Of a stretch of 64,000 nt of DNA, positions 25,101 to 40,100 are shown one piece after another; position 1 is the stretch's first letter; each line of letters starts with the position of its first letter. Under the pieces are notes generated by a model. The model was not told where the DNA came from, searched no databases, and worked only from the letters and a program-made list of their open reading frames with translations. A program made the translations under genes and the position numbers. The stretch comes from Chiloscyllium plagiosum (lineage: Eukaryota), in NCBI RefSeq assembly GCF_004010195.1, contig NC_057719.1:88343993-88407992 (forward strand). The letters run 5' to 3'.

Positions 25101-28100
25101 GAACTGCAGATGCTGTAAATCAGAAACAAAAACAAATTGCTGGAAAAGCGCAGCAAGTCTGGCAGCATCTGTGAAGAGAAATCAATGTTAACTCTGATTT
25201 CTCTTCACAGTTTATTTTAATAGTATGGTCTGGCATTGGCATGCAACTTTTATAAATTGTAATGTCTTTCCGCTTGCTTTTTCAGCGATCGTCAGTGACT
25301 GCAGATCATGGGGAGATAGTGATTTAGTGTATCATTGCTGGACTGTTCCCGCAGATTCTGGGGACCTGGGTTTGAATTAGACAATGGCAGATGGTAGACT
25401 TGGACCTTTATTTTTAAAAAAATCTGAAGAGTTTAATGATGATCATGGATCTGTTGTTAACTGTGGGAGAAAAGACACATCTGGTTCACTAATGTCCTTA
25501 GGGAGGGAATCTGGTAACCATAGCTGCAGACCCACAGTAACATGGTTAACTTTCAACTACCCTCTATACAATTTGGGATGGGCAATAAATGCTGATCGAG
25601 CACTGACACCTTCATCCCGTGAGTGAATGAAAATCATATGAAATACTGAAAGTATCTTTGGAAAACCTGGATTTCGACAAAGTAATGTCCTGGCTGATAT
25701 GGCCACACTTATGGTCAGGAAGAACTATGTGACAGGGAGAAAAATTGGAGACTTTATTGACATTGACTGATGGTGTCATCATAGAATGATTCAGAGATAT
25801 TCATAGAATCATCATGGGTGATACGATGCCACAGTGGTTAGCACTGCTGTCTCACACTGCCAGGGTCCCTGGTTCAATTCCACCTTTGGGTGACTATGTG
25901 GAGTTTGCACATTCTCTCAGTATTTTTGTGGGTTTCCTCCAGGTTCCTCTCTGTCTAAAGATGTGCAGATTACGTGGACTGGCCATGCTAAATTATCTCA
26001 ATGCCCACAGGTGTGCAGGCTAGCCATGGGAACTGCACGGTTATAGGGTGGGGGTGCTCTTTGGAGGGTAGGTGTGGACTCAATGGGCTGAATGGCCAGC
26101 TTCCACACTGTAGGGATTGTGTGTGTTACAAGAGGGCAAACCTTCAAGTTTCCAACACTCCCCATCCCTTGCCTTGGTTCACTCCAAGCAGTTTGCTGCA
26201 TCACCCTTGGCTAAACTTTTCACTCCCACTCCAGAGTTCAAGGTCAAACTTGTGAGAACTTGCAAAGTGAGTGTAATATGATGGAAATCAGAGTCAGGTG
26301 GGCATCTGGGTGAGTTGGTATCTCTGTTCACAAAGGCAGATGGGGCTTAATTATGTGTGCTGAACCCCTTTGCATTCAGAAAACTCCTTTATCATTACAA
26401 GATATGCCAAGGAGAGTGAGCAGCCCATTGACGGCAGCTAATAGATGGTGGGGAATAGAGGTGGGAATTTGTTAGTATAACAGTTCAATGGTTTACCGCC
26501 TTATGGACATTGTGTTGCAGCTGTACAAGACACTGATAGGGCCACATTTGGAATCTCTATACAATTCAGGGGTCGCCCTGAATTAAATTGGAAAGGCTGA
26601 AAAATGGTTTACAAGGTGTTACCGAGACTGGAAGGTTTGAGTTACAAGGAGTGACTTTTTACCCTGGAGCGTAGGAGACTGAGGGGTAACCTTATAGAGG
26701 TTCATAAAATCACAAGGGAAACAGATAAAGTTAATAGCCAAGGTCTTTTTCCAAGGGTAGAGGAGTCCAAAATTAAAGGGTATAGGTTTAAGGTGAGAGG
26801 GGAAACATTTAAAAAGGGACCCGGGGCAACTTTTTCACATAGAGGTTGGTGTGTGTATGGAATGAGCTGCCAGAGGAAGTGGTGGAGTGGTTTCAACTGT
26901 AAGACATTTGGACAGGTACATGGGTAGGAAGAGTTTAGAGGGATATAGGCCAAATGCAGGCAAATGGGACTAGTTCAATTTAGGAAACCTGATCGGCATG
27001 AGGGCCAAAAAGCTTGTTCCTGTGTTGTATGACTATGGCATTTTACAAATTTAAATTGTTTAAATTGCTGGAGAATCTGTCAAGTCAGCCAGTGACTGTG
27101 AGGAGAGAGACAAAGTTAACATATCGAGCCCAGGATCACTCCTCTTCAGTTTCATTCTGAAGGAGAGACATACCAGATTCCAAACATTAACTCTGTTTTC
27201 CTCTCTCTCTGCACACATGCTGCCAGACCTGCTGAGTTTCCGCAGTGCATTCTGTTTCTCAAAATCATCATATGTCCAGAGCCACAGTCTCTGTTAATAA
27301 TCTCTGATATTCCTCTCTGTCACAGATCTCCCTGACTGTATTATGTGGTGATATCAGCCCAGGCATCATTTAGTCAAAACCCAGGTTTTCCAAAGATACT
27401 TTCTGCTTTTATTTCAGATCTCCAACATCCATGGTTTTTTTTTTAATTTAAATGAAAGTATTTGCCTTTGGTGCCAGTCTGACCCACTTCTCCAAATACC
27501 CTTTTTAATATTGCGCAAATGTTCTACCGGATTATAAAACTAGGCCGGAACCGTCTGCAGCTGCACATTAAAAGACAGAAGGTTCATTTCCCACAGCACA
27601 TCTGCACTCCAGCAGCCAGAGCCATTTTCCCATAAGTTGAACATCTAATACAGATTCTCTTAAATGAAGTGGATTCCATTATGAGAGCACCAACACACAA
27701 TTGCTTGAAAGCTTTCTCTGCAGCCTTAGTGTACCTCTGACAGTGATGAGGAGTATCAGAAAATTCTGGAGCCTTGCTTTTACAGAAAGGATCGTTTTAA
27801 AGTTCAATGCTATTTTGGCTAACTCACTGATCTGGTTACAAAACTCAAATACTCGGTCAAAGCAAGAGTTTTAAAAAAAGAAAGAAGGGTTCGGAGGCAT
27901 TACCACCTCTAAGGCCTTAGGCTTAGGAGGTAAAAGATGGGGCAATTGTGGAGTGAAAGGAGAGAGGCAAAGGGGTCTTGCCAGAACAGGTAAGCATGGC
28001 AGTTACCTTCCCCAAAGGACATTAATGAACCATAAGTTGGTTATTTCCCACAAATCAGCAACAGTTTCAGTCATTAGACTGAATTCAAGTCCCACCATCT

Positions 28101-31100
28101 GCTGTGACAGGATTCAAAGCCAGGTCCCCAGAACATTACTGGGTCTCTGGATTAATAGTCTAGTGAAAATACCACTAGGCCATCGCCTCCCCTTACTGGT
28201 TTTTAAGTACTTTGTGATGGACTGAGACCATGAAATGCACTGCAAAAATGCAGTTTCTGTCTTTATATTGTCACAAGCTATTGAAAAGGGTTGTAGCCCT
28301 CACTTGGATCCTGTCTTGGGGTGTGCAATGTTTTCTATGGAAGTGCTCTGCCTCATTCTGATACAATGGGCCTTCATGGTTTACTTATTATAATAAAGCT
28401 AAAGGGGTTCCATCCCAATGTAAAAGCCCAAACGTGATAAAAAGGACAAAGTTCTGACAAGATTTGCTGCCTTTGTTCCTGTGGCCTTTCAAGGAGTGTG
28501 GGCATCACTGGTAAGGCTAGCATTTCCTATCCTTCCCTCATTGCCTTGAGCCAAGGGCCTCGCTAGGCTATTGCAAGGGATGGTTGAGAGTCAGCCATGG
28601 AGCTGAGAATCTGGAGTCACACGCACGCCAGTCTAGGTAAGGATGGCACTAACGGACATTAGTGAACCAGATGGGCTTTTTCAAACAATTGACAATGGAT
28701 TCATGGTCATCATTAGACACTTAATTCCAGATTTTCTTTTTAATGAATTTAAATTCCACCATCTGCCATGATGCAATTTGAATACAGGTCCCCAAAACAT
28801 TACATGGTCTCTGGATTAAAAGTCTAGCAATAATATCACTAGGTCATTGCTTTCTTGGAGTAAGGATGGCAGATTTCTTTCCCTAAAGGGTATTTGTGAG
28901 CAACAACTGATGGCAGTCTTATGGAGCCAATGTGTTTTTTTAATGTCCCCCTCACCTCTGCGTGGCCTCCGGGGTTCAGGGTCTTGTTGCATCGCACACA
29001 TCGGAGACAAGGACGGTGCCAGTCCTTGCCCAGTGACGTCACCTTCTCAGCTGTGTTAGAAACGGGGAGAGAGAGAGAGAGAGAGAGAGACAGACAACAC
29101 TGTTTGAAACACATCCCTCCAATTTCATCCACAATCTCAATCAGAGCACAATGTTTTACAGAAAAACAAAATGACAGGCATTCACACATTTGGAATGGGG
29201 GAAGGGTGTGGCATGAGGACCTCCACCTCTCTGTCTGCTCGGAGCTACAGCCCTACAAACAGTGACCTCCATACTATTGCTTAAATGTCTCCCTCACCCG
29301 CAGCAAGAGTGTCCAAGCAGCGTGCCTGCTTTCCCGAACATTAATATCTATTGATTACTCACCAAAGTAGACCTTCTTACCACACCTCGGGCACATGTTG
29401 GGCTCCCCGGCAAAGGTGGTCATGCTCGATGCTGAGAAAGATCACAAGAAGCCCATTACGGGGTTTGAAAACGTGCCCAAACATTAACGCATGCTATAAG
29501 CTTCAAACAACTTACGTTAGCCTCGTGCCCAGCAAATGACCAAGCTGGACAGTGCTGAAAAGTACAAGAGATCAGCTCAGGAGTGAGACCGTTTGGGCCT
29601 CCATCACCCGATATGATCACCTACTTCATCTCTGCTTGCCTGTCCAAACCCATGCGGACAGGAGGAGAATGTGCAAACAGACAGTTGTCCAAGCCTGGAA
29701 TCAAACCCAGGTCCCTGGCACTGTGAGGCAGCAGTGATAACCATTGTTAGTCCACAGAATATAGTTTCAGAGACGACTAGGTCGACTGAGCAGCTTTATT
29801 TATAACCAATGAAATTTACAGGCAGGTGATGTATCAGTCTATGTCCTCGTAGGCTATCCCTCAATTTGGCAAACTACTAGCCAGTATAAAAGCACCTAGT
29901 CCCTATCCCCCAAATGTAAAGATCCAGATCGCACTCATCCCTGAAAATCCATTCCAAATCTGTTTGCTCAGCCTGAGTACCAAATCCACGAGACAGGAAT
30001 TCTCAGATCAGGGGATATGACAGGCTGCTACTCATCTTCATGTGACACTTAGCACCTTCAGAGAGGCAAAACCTGGAACTGGTCGGAACAGGAATGGGGA
30101 GCAGCAGTCTAGCTGAGAAAGGCCACTCGGCCTTCGGTGTCTGTGCTAACCTTCCTGGCAAGTAATCCAGCCTCTTCCTCCTCCCAACACAGAAACTAGG
30201 AGCAGGAGTAGGAGTAGGCCATTCAGCCCTTTGAGCCTGCTCCCTCATTCAATACAATCCTCCATCTCATGCTTTACCATATTCATGCTTTATCCTCATG
30301 CCACTTGATCCCTTTAAAATCTAAAATAACTACCTTTCTTGAACGTATTCAGTGACTTGACCTCCACAGTCTTCTGTGATAGAGAATTCCAAAGTGATGA
30401 TATTTTTCCTCATCTCAATCCTAAATAGTCTATCTCTTGGTTCTTGACTCCCCAAGCAGGGAAAATCATCCCTGTATCTAGTCTGATCATCCCGGTTAGA
30501 ATTCTCTACATTTCAATCAGATCCCCCTCTAATCCTTCTCATCTGTAATGAATACATGCCCAGTTAAACTAAACTCCCACATCCCTGCACCTCTTTTTTT
30601 GATACTCTGGAAAATGTTGAAGCAGTCACAGCACAGGAGGTGGCCATCAAAATAAAACAGCCCCTCCCCGTTCTCCCTCACACCCTCGCTCCAGATCCAT
30701 ATCCCCCGGAGGGTACAGGAATTCGGGGCGGACCCTGATGCCTTTTAAATGGATTGATGGTTTCAGCCTCGACGTCCCCTTTCAGGCAGTGAAACCTAGC
30801 TCTCTCTGTGGGATGGGATGGGGTCAATTCCATCCAATGACGCTGTTTACACTTCCTGCAGCCACAGAAAGCAGCCCCTCCCACTCCGGTCATAGACTCT
30901 TCCATCCTCTGCTATCCGGCAGAAGTTACCAAAGTTTGAAAACATATACCAATATATTGAAGAATAGCTTCTTCCCCATACTTATCAGACTCACATTAGA
31001 GTTGATCTTTCTCTGCACCTCTTTGTAGCTATAACACTATACTCTGCATTCTGTTCTATTACCCTGATGTACTTATGTAAGGTCTGATTTGTCTGGCTAG

Positions 31101-34100
31101 CACGCGAAACAATACTTTTCACTGTATCTCAGTGCATGAGACAATACTAAACCGAATCAAATCTAATTAATTCAACTTCTCTCTAACCCTTCTTCTAATC
31201 ACTTCAAATCTGCAATCCATTCAAACACACACGTTAAGACTGGCAGATTTCCTTCCCTAAAGCACGTTAGCAAAACCATTTTCACAACAATTGAGGAACA
31301 GCTGATGTTTCCATCTCAAGCTGCAGTAGGATTTGAGGTAAGTTGGACTGGGCGTAGTGTGTCTAGATTTCATTTTCAATAACATAACCGCTGTACACCT
31401 CCATCTGCCTATAATCACTGATTCCCTGTCACGAACCACAATGTTCTCCTGCGTGATAAATGTTTCATCACCATCCTGGGTTTCTATAGCAACTGATGGA
31501 TTCTGAACATAAAGCCAATTGTGAAAACAAAGGGATGTCTTGCTGCACGGGGATAACGAGGCAGCCCAGAGGATTGCTATGCCCTCGAGTATGTAACTGG
31601 ACTTTGCAGCATTCATTATTCACAATGGAGTCACTGGAACGAAAACATGGGCGACTGGTCGGGTTACACAAGGAGCCAACAATAAAGGAGGACAGGCACA
31701 AACACTGGAAACACTCAGCGAGTTGCTGAATGAAAACAGAAAGACAGAGAGAGAGCAAGAGAGAGAGATAGAGAGAGCACACATGCGCGCACGAGAGGGG
31801 AAGATGCATGAGAGAAGGAGCACATGAGGGGGGAGTGAATACGCAAGAGGGGAAAGATCATGAGAGCGCGAGCATGCACGAGCGAGAGAGAGAAAGAGAG
31901 CGTGCATGAGAGAAAGACAGTGCGAACGATGAGAGAGAGAGAAGAACACAAGAGGGAGATAGGGAGCGAGAGAGCACGAGAGAGATAGTGATCGTGAGAC
32001 TGACAGCAAGTGACAGGGAGAGCATGCAAGAGACAGAGTGCATGCTCTCCCTTGCACTCATGCGAGGGAGAGCATGAGTGCAAGAGAGAAGTTAAGCAAA
32101 AGTGCGAGAGAAAGAGGACGAGAGAGAGAGAGAGAGAGTGCGAGAGAGAGCGCACACGAGAAAGAGAGATGGGTTGATGGAGAGATAGACTCAAGCCTTT
32201 ATTAGCCTTCAAGAGAGAAGTTAAGCAAATGTGCGAGAGATAGAGGACGAGAGAGAGAGAGAGTGCGAGAGAGAGCGCACACGAGAAAGAGAGATGGGTT
32301 GATGGAGAGATAGACTCAAGCCTTTATTAGCCTTGTTCCTGCTGTGAGGCAGAAACCACTGACTACTGATCCAAACTCAACAGAGAAGAACTGATAGTTT
32401 AAAATTACAAACACAAATATCTCTAAGAGGCTACATTCAGAACATCCCAAAGTGCTCTGCAACTGTAGTACTACTTGTGGAGCACAATCACCATTGCAAT
32501 GTCAGAAATGTGGCAATCAATTTAGGCACAATAAGCTCCCAAAAAAGGTGTGACATGATAACAATCAAATAGTCTTACATTGATTGAGATAGAGATATTA
32601 GTACACGATTTTGGATTAGTGGTGCTGGAAGAGCACAGCAGTTCAGGCAGCATCTGAGGAGCAGTAAAATCGACGTTTTGCGCAAAAGCCCTTCATCAGG
32701 AATAAAGGCAGAGCCTGAAGGGTGGAGAGATAAGCTAGAGGAGGGTGAGGGTGGGGGTGGGGGTGGGGGTGGTGAGAAAGTAGCATAGAGTATTTTACCT
32801 ATATTGGTACAGGAACCTAGAGATCTTAAACAATGCCACAGGGTCTGCCTAAGAGGGCTCCCAGCGTCACTTTCTATCAGGAAGAACAATCCTTCGACAG
32901 TGCAGCACCCCCTCGGGCTGAGCTGGGAGCGCTGGGCCGCACCCCCTCAGGCTGAGCCGGGCACGCCGGGCCCAGAGGCCTCGACCCTCTTACCTTTACT
33001 GGGGCCCTTGGGAGGGGCTGTAGTTTTTGGAGCCACTGCCTTGGGAGCCTGATTCTCAGGGGCCATGCTTGGGGGTGGATTATTGGAGGCCGGCGGGGGC
33101 TGGTCGTAGACGTAGGAGCCGAATCCTCCGATGTTCACACCTGACAACAAGAGGTAGGAGCAAAAGTGTGAGGCAGCGGGTGTGAAATCACATCAAAACA
33201 AAGTACAGAAACAGGCTATTTGGACTCTTGGGACTGCTCTCCTATTTAACATGGTCATTGCTGATACTAGAACACAATTCCTTGTTCTCACTTTTCATCC
33301 CTGTATCCACATCAGCTGAGTGAACCTTCTCTGGACTACCTCCAACGCCAGTATATCTTTCCTTGGACAAGGGGCCCAAAACTTTTCACTGTATTCCAGC
33401 TGAGGTCTAACTAGTGCCTTGTTCATTTTTAGCCAAACCTCTATACTTTTATACTCTATTCCAAGACCAACACTCCATTTGGCTTTCCTATTACCCATTG
33501 AACTTGGATACTAGCTTTCTGTGGTTCATGCATGGGGACCCCATATCCCTCTGTTCTGTAGCTTTTTCCAAAGAAATAATATTCAGCTCCTCTGTTTTTC
33601 CTGCCAAGGTGCAAACTCACATTTTCCTCACTAAACCTATCTATCTTTCTGCAGACTATAACTTGACACATTCCCTTAATTCATCCAAATCATTAATGTG
33701 TTGTAAATAATTGTGGCGCAGCACTGTTCCCTGTGGCACTTCACTAGTTACATTAGTTCCATCCTGAAGATGCCCCCTTTTATCCCAACTCTCTTTTATT
33801 CTAGGAGTTAACCAATCCTCTCTCCATGCCAATATATTACCTCCAAAACCATGAACTTTTGTAGGCCAATGTGTTTTGCCTTGTGAAATATCTTCTGATA
33901 ATCTAAATATATTATATCCACTGCTTTCTCCCTTATCTATCCTGTTTTTTACCTCCTTAAAAAAAATTCTAATAAATTTACCAGGCATGCTTTTCCCATC
34001 ATGAAACCATGCTGACTGCTTGAATGTATTATGCATTTCTAAATCCTCTGCTCTTACATTCTTTCTAATAGACTCTAACATTTTCCCAATATCAGTTAAA

Positions 34101-37100
34101 GCGAACTGGCCTATAGTTACCTTTTCTACCCCCTTCACTTGTTAAATAAAGATATTACTTTGATAGCTTTCTGTTCTTTTGGGACTTTTTCAGAATCTCA
34201 AGAATCTTGGAAGAGACATCCACCATCTCTGTCGCTATGTCTTTGAATATCCCGATGCATTCCATCAGGTTCAAGACACTTCTCTTAGTGTTATGCAGTG
34301 TTTAGTGCTTTTTGTCTCTTGGTAAGCTCTACTTGGCTTTCAGGAGAATGCATTCACTCTTACCTTTAGGGCCGAACAGTGTGGCATAGCAAGGTTTATG
34401 GCAGTATGGTTTATCATCATGCTGTGGAATAGGAAGAGAGGCTCAGTTAGTACAAACTAAATAAGACTTGTTCGCAATGTAGAAAACTCCAAAACAAAAA
34501 GAGAACCTTGATGTAAATGTGAGAAGTTTCAGGAATTAAGCGTTCATCCTAACAACCCACAGCCAACCAACAGTGCATTGACACCATTCACTGTTGGAGT
34601 ATTGCATTGATCACATCACCTGTTACACATCCCAATGACAGTGCGACTCCACCCCATCAGAAATTCCTCCACAGTGAACAGCAACTTCAAAAGTTTGCAA
34701 GTAGTCTCAAGTTTGTAAACACTTCGCCATAAATTTTTTTCTGTCCCTTTCCTTTTTCCAACTATTTCTTGAATCTTAAACACTTAATAGTAAGGTCGTG
34801 GTTATTTGTGTTTTTTTTAAATCAAAAAATTCTTTTCATTGCTCCTTAGGTCCTAGGGAATGTGGCTGAACAAAATGACCTCTGGGTTCAGGTTCATAGT
34901 CCCTCAAAAGGTAGAACTATGGGTAGAAGGCATTTGATACACTTGCCTTTATTGGGCAGCGTATTGAGGATAGGATTTGGGAGGTTATGTTGCAACTGTA
35001 CAGGACATTGGTTAGGCCACTTTTGGAATATCACATTCAATTCTGGTCTCCCTGAGACAGGAAAGATCTTGTTAAACTTGAAAGGGGTCATAAAACATTT
35101 ATAGGATGTTGCCAGGGTTGGAGCATTTGAGCTTATTGGGAGAGGCTGATTAGGCTGGGGCTTATTTCCCTGGAGCATTGGAGGCTGAGGGGTCACCTTA
35201 CAAAAGGTTTATCGAGTCATGAAGGGCATGGATAAGGTAAATAGCCAAGATCCTTCCTCGAGGGCAGGGCAGTCCAAATATAGAGGGTTTAGGTTTGAAA
35301 TGAGAGGGAAAAAGATTTAAAAAGGACCCGCGGGGCAAATTTTGCATGCAGAGGGTGATGCATGTATGGAATAAGCTGCTAGAGGTGGTGGTGGAGACTG
35401 GTACAATTACAACATTTAAGATGCACCTGGACAGCTATATGAAAAGGAAAGATTTAGAGGAATTTGGCCAAATACTGGCAAATGGGACTAGAATAATTTA
35501 GGATATCTGGTTGACATAGACGAGTTGGACTGATGGGTCTGTTTCTGAGCTGTACATCTCCATGACTCTCGTTCCCTTTTCAAAGTTACTATCGGTTGCC
35601 AGCAATTTGAGGTTCCAGATCACAAGTGGATGCACACAAAAGAAAGTTATTTGTGTTTTTTTAAAATCAAAAAATTCTTCTCATTGCTCCTTAGGTTGGT
35701 TTGCCAATTACCTTAAAATTGTGCCCTCAGGTTATCAAACCTCCTGCCAGTGGACATGACTTCCTCTTGTTTGGTCTGTTTCAAGGGGCCTCCAATGTTT
35801 ATGGGCTCCATCGAATCTGACATGATCATTTGTCACTCCAAGGAAAACATTTCTGGCTCCAGTCTAACTGCCACCCCCTCATGCTCACACTGACTTATAC
35901 GATTTCACTGGCTGCAAAAACGCTTTGAGGCATCTGAAGGCCGAGGGAAGTGCAGTGCAAAGGCAAATCTTTTCTATTCCACCTCTCATTCTTGATGCCA
36001 TTCTAGCAAAAACATTGCTGAAAAGGAGACGTGGAGTCAAAGCTTTTCATCAGGACCCAAATGCAAGAAAACCAAATCCAAAAATGAAAGAATCAACGAT
36101 GTGTCATTGGACTTCGGTTGGCATGGAGACGACTAACAGTCAAGCTAATGGATTGAATTCAAACCAGGCAAGTGCACTCTATTTGGTCAGGATACTACCA
36201 TGGTGCTCTAGCCGAGATCGGCTATCCCCAAAACGCTCTCTTCTCATGCTGTATATATTCGGCTCACTACTACCTCTCAGCACCAGAGACCTGGGTTCGA
36301 TTCCAGCCTCAGGCGACTGTCTGTGTGGAGTTTTCACATTCTCCTACCATCTGCACGGGTTTCCTCCAGGTGCCCCGGTTTCCTCCCACAATTCAAAGAC
36401 GTGCAGGTTCGATGAATTGGTCATGCAAAATTGCCCATAGTGTTCAGGGATGTGAAAGTTAGGTGCATTTGACAGAGGTAAATATAGAGTAATAGAGTAG
36501 GAGAATGGGTCTGGATGGGTTACTCATCAAGAGGGTTGCTGTGGACTTGTTGGGCCAAATGGCCTGGTTCCACACTGTAGGGATTCTATGATTCTATGAT
36601 ATTGAGAAATCCTTTCTAAATGTGGCTTTCTTGTTTTTGGATCCTGATGAGGGCGCGATAAAAAGTTTCAACTTCATGTCACCTTTTAGAAATTTTTATG
36701 TTCTGGTAAACCTCTCAACATCTTTCCTAACGTGTAGTTACCTTGAACAATCCCTCGGTGACCTAAACAGTGATTTATGAAGGATTAACCAACTTCCTTG
36801 CTTTTGTACTTTTCTGCTTCCATGAATAGAGCCAAGAGAGTCCCGGATGGTTTCTAACAGGATGCAGCAGACCCATCTGCTTCTCTACAAACTGTAATCT
36901 TGAAACAACAGTTGGTGGGATTAAAGTATAAACTACATTCCACCATATGCTGTGTTAATATGTGGCGCAACTCACTTAAAACAGACAGAGTAAGACCCGT
37001 GCCTGTGAAATTGCCAAGGATTATCATACAACTGTGTTGAACATCGATTTATCACCAAATTAGTGGCATGGACATTTGTAAAACATTTAGTCCCTTTAAT

Positions 37101-40100
37101 CATCTTATTGGCCGTAGCTGCCAATACTATCCCTTTCACCCAATGGATTACTTGTGGCTTTTTTTGTTTTAATTCATTCATAGGATGTGGGCACCATTGG
37201 CTAGACTGGCAATGTTTTTGCCATCACTAACTGCTAGGAGCCATGGTCATCATCAAACTCTTAATTCCAACTTCGAAAAAAGTTGAATTTAAATCAGGCA
37301 TGAGAGGATTTGAACCAAGATCCCCAGATTACAGCCTGCGCCCAAAGATTAATACCACGAGGCCATCACCTCTCCAGATACTACTGCTGTGCTGGAAAGT
37401 TTAAGAATGCCATATCATAAAGTCATACAGCACGGAAACAGACCCTTCGGTCCAACCAGTCCATAACAACAATAATGCCAAAATAAATTAGTCCTACCTG
37501 CCTGCTCCTGGCCCATATCCCTCCAAACCTTTCCTATTCATTAACTTATCCAAATGTCTTTTCAAGATTGTAACTGTACCTGTGTTCACTGCTTCTCCTG
37601 GAAGTTCATTCCACCTATAAACCACTCTGTCTAAAGAAGGTGCTCCTCAAGTATTTTTTTTAGAAATCTTTCTCCTCTCACCTTAAAAATGTGTGCCCTG
37701 GTCTTGAAATCCCCCACACTAGGAAAAAGACACCTGCCATTCACATTATCTATGCCCCTCATGATTTTATAAACTTCTCTAAGGTCACCTCTCAACCTCC
37801 TAAGCTCCAGTGAAAAACATTCCAGCCTATCCCAGTCTCTTCCTATAACTCAAACTATCATGATAAATCTCTTCTGAACCCTCTCCAGTTTAATAGTATT
37901 GCTCCTCTAACAGGGTGACCAGAATTGGACACAGCACTCCAGAAGAAGTTTCACCAATGTCCTGTACAAACTCAACAAAACATCCCAACTCCTATGCTCA
38001 AAGGTCTGAGCAATGAAGGGAAGTGCACTAAATGCAAACTTCAAAGAATGATGTACCTGAACCCCGAGGTCTCCCTGTTCTACTTTTAATTGTATAAGTA
38101 CGGTGGCATGGTGGTTCGCACTGCTGCTTCACAGCGCCACAAACCCGGGTTCAATTCCCGCCTCAGGTGACTGTGTGGAGTTTGCACATTCTCCCTGTGT
38201 CTGCGTGGGTTTCCTCCGGGTGCTCTGGTTTCCTCCCACAGTCCAAAAATGTGCGGGTTAGGTGAATTGGCCACGCTAAATTGCCCGTAGTGTTAGGGGC
38301 AGGGGTGAATATAGGGGAAGGGTCTGGGTGGGTTGCGCTTCGGCGGGTCGGTGCGGACTTGTTGGGCCGAAGGGCCTGTTTCCACTCTAAGTAAATCTAA
38401 TCTAAAAAAAAGTCTTCTCCTTTTGTTTGACCAAAATGCAATACCTTGCATTTATCCAAATTCAACTCATTTTGTTTTAGCCTTTGTACAAAACCTTGGG
38501 TAGAGCTCAGATCCCTCATGGAGGGGTTTGGTCCCTTCACCTGGCACATGATGGCCCTTTACTTGGGGAGAGCTCTAATTGTATTGGAAGTAGTTCAGAG
38601 GTTTGATTCAGGAGATGAGGGTTTGTCTAATGAAGAGAGAAATTCAGCAGTTTAGGACTATACTGTCTGGAGTTTCGAAGACGAGGTATGCAAAATGCCA
38701 AAGGGGATTGACAAAGTAGATATGGAGAGATTTCTTCATCGATTTCATGGATTTCAGTGAGTCCCTCTCTCACTGCACACCCCAGGACATCTCCTCTGCA
38801 CAGAAGCTCTTCCTCTACAAAGATTTCTTCATGAGTCAATCCAGAACAAGAGGTCATCATTTTAGCATAACATTTGGCAGATTTAAAACCGAGATGATGA
38901 GAAACTACTTCTCTCGAAGAGTTGTGAATCTGTGGAATTCAATTCTCTAGAGTGTGGTGGATGCTGGTACAATAAATAAATTTGAGGAGGAGATAGACAG
39001 ACGTTTAATTAGTAATGGGTTTAAGGGTTACGGGGAGCGGGCAGGAAAATGGAGTTGAGGCCAAGATAAGATCAGCCATGACTGCGTTAAATGGCAGAAT
39101 GGGCTCGATGAGCTGAACGGCCTATTCCTGCCCCTGATTCTTATCTTCTGGCAATATCGAAAATAAAGGGGTGTAGAAGAGGATCACATGACTAATTGCT
39201 ACTTTAAAGCATTCTCAAGAAACTTCACACCATCCAGGGCAATGCAACCCATTTGATTGGCACCCCATCCACAAACATCCATTCCCTCCACCACCGATGC
39301 TCAGTAGCAGCAATGTGTATAAATTACACTGCAGTAACTCACCAAGTTCATGGGGATAAAGCAGGAAAGTGGAGTTAGGGATTATCAGATCAACCATGAT
39401 CTCATCAAAAGGCACAGCAAACTGAATAGGCTGAATGGCCTAATTCTGCTCCTAAGTCTAATGGTTTTATGATCTTTCCCTGCTGCTCACCTACAGTTAA
39501 ACAGATTAGTCCCTGTCAGAAATGCTGCAAGGCAGGCCCGGAAAATGCTAAAACTAATGTAATGGTTAAAATTGAAAACAGATGCCTTCCGTTACTGACT
39601 ACTTCAAATAGCTTGCTCTCCAAGCAGCTTCTGTTCCTGAGATCCTGGGGATTCACTCCATTTATCATTGGTGCGGTGAGATAGCTGGGTAACATGACAA
39701 GCAAGGAGCTGCCAGTGGACTGGCGAAGTTCAGCTGAGAGAAGGAGGTGACAGCTCTCGATACAATCAATCACTCAGTGTGGCCGTCAGACCGTGTTCGG
39801 AGACACAGATCCGAAGCTCCCATGTGTTGACAGGACCATCAGCTGCTGAACTGCTGAGGGGAGCTCCAATACAGATAGGGTCATTGGAGGGGGCCACTTT
39901 AACTCAGAACGACGTAGAACAACCACTCAGATAGTGTGAAGGTCCTTTACCGGGCAGGACTGACAAGGGAGAGTAAAAAGAAAGTGAACAGTCAGAGAGA
40001 AAGCTTAGAATGAGGCTTTTGAAAATAGCCAAGTGGCTTCCTAATGAAACATATCGGCAACACTGTCACAAATGCACAGAGCATCTAGGTACAGGAGCGA

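Noticed and set aside
31620..32212. Ser/Leu-rich ORFs (also 55362-55854 and 46304-46729)
   Set aside because: Translations of GA/CT and CA microsatellite tracts.
36643..36672. ctgatgagggcgcgataaaaagtttc as another hammerhead (also 50402-50432)
   Set aside because: Stem II or GAAA is not intact; at most a decayed remnant.
38100..38175. tRNA gene-like A/B boxes (also near 23920, 25825, 45950, 47100)
   Set aside because: They are SINE heads followed by the SINE body and tail, not full cloverleaf tRNAs.
39660..39960. Unique CpG-containing intronic segment with CAGCTG E-boxes, a possible enhancer or cryptic exon
   Set aside because: Short motifs are expected by chance; there is no LIM-like coding match and no conservation data.
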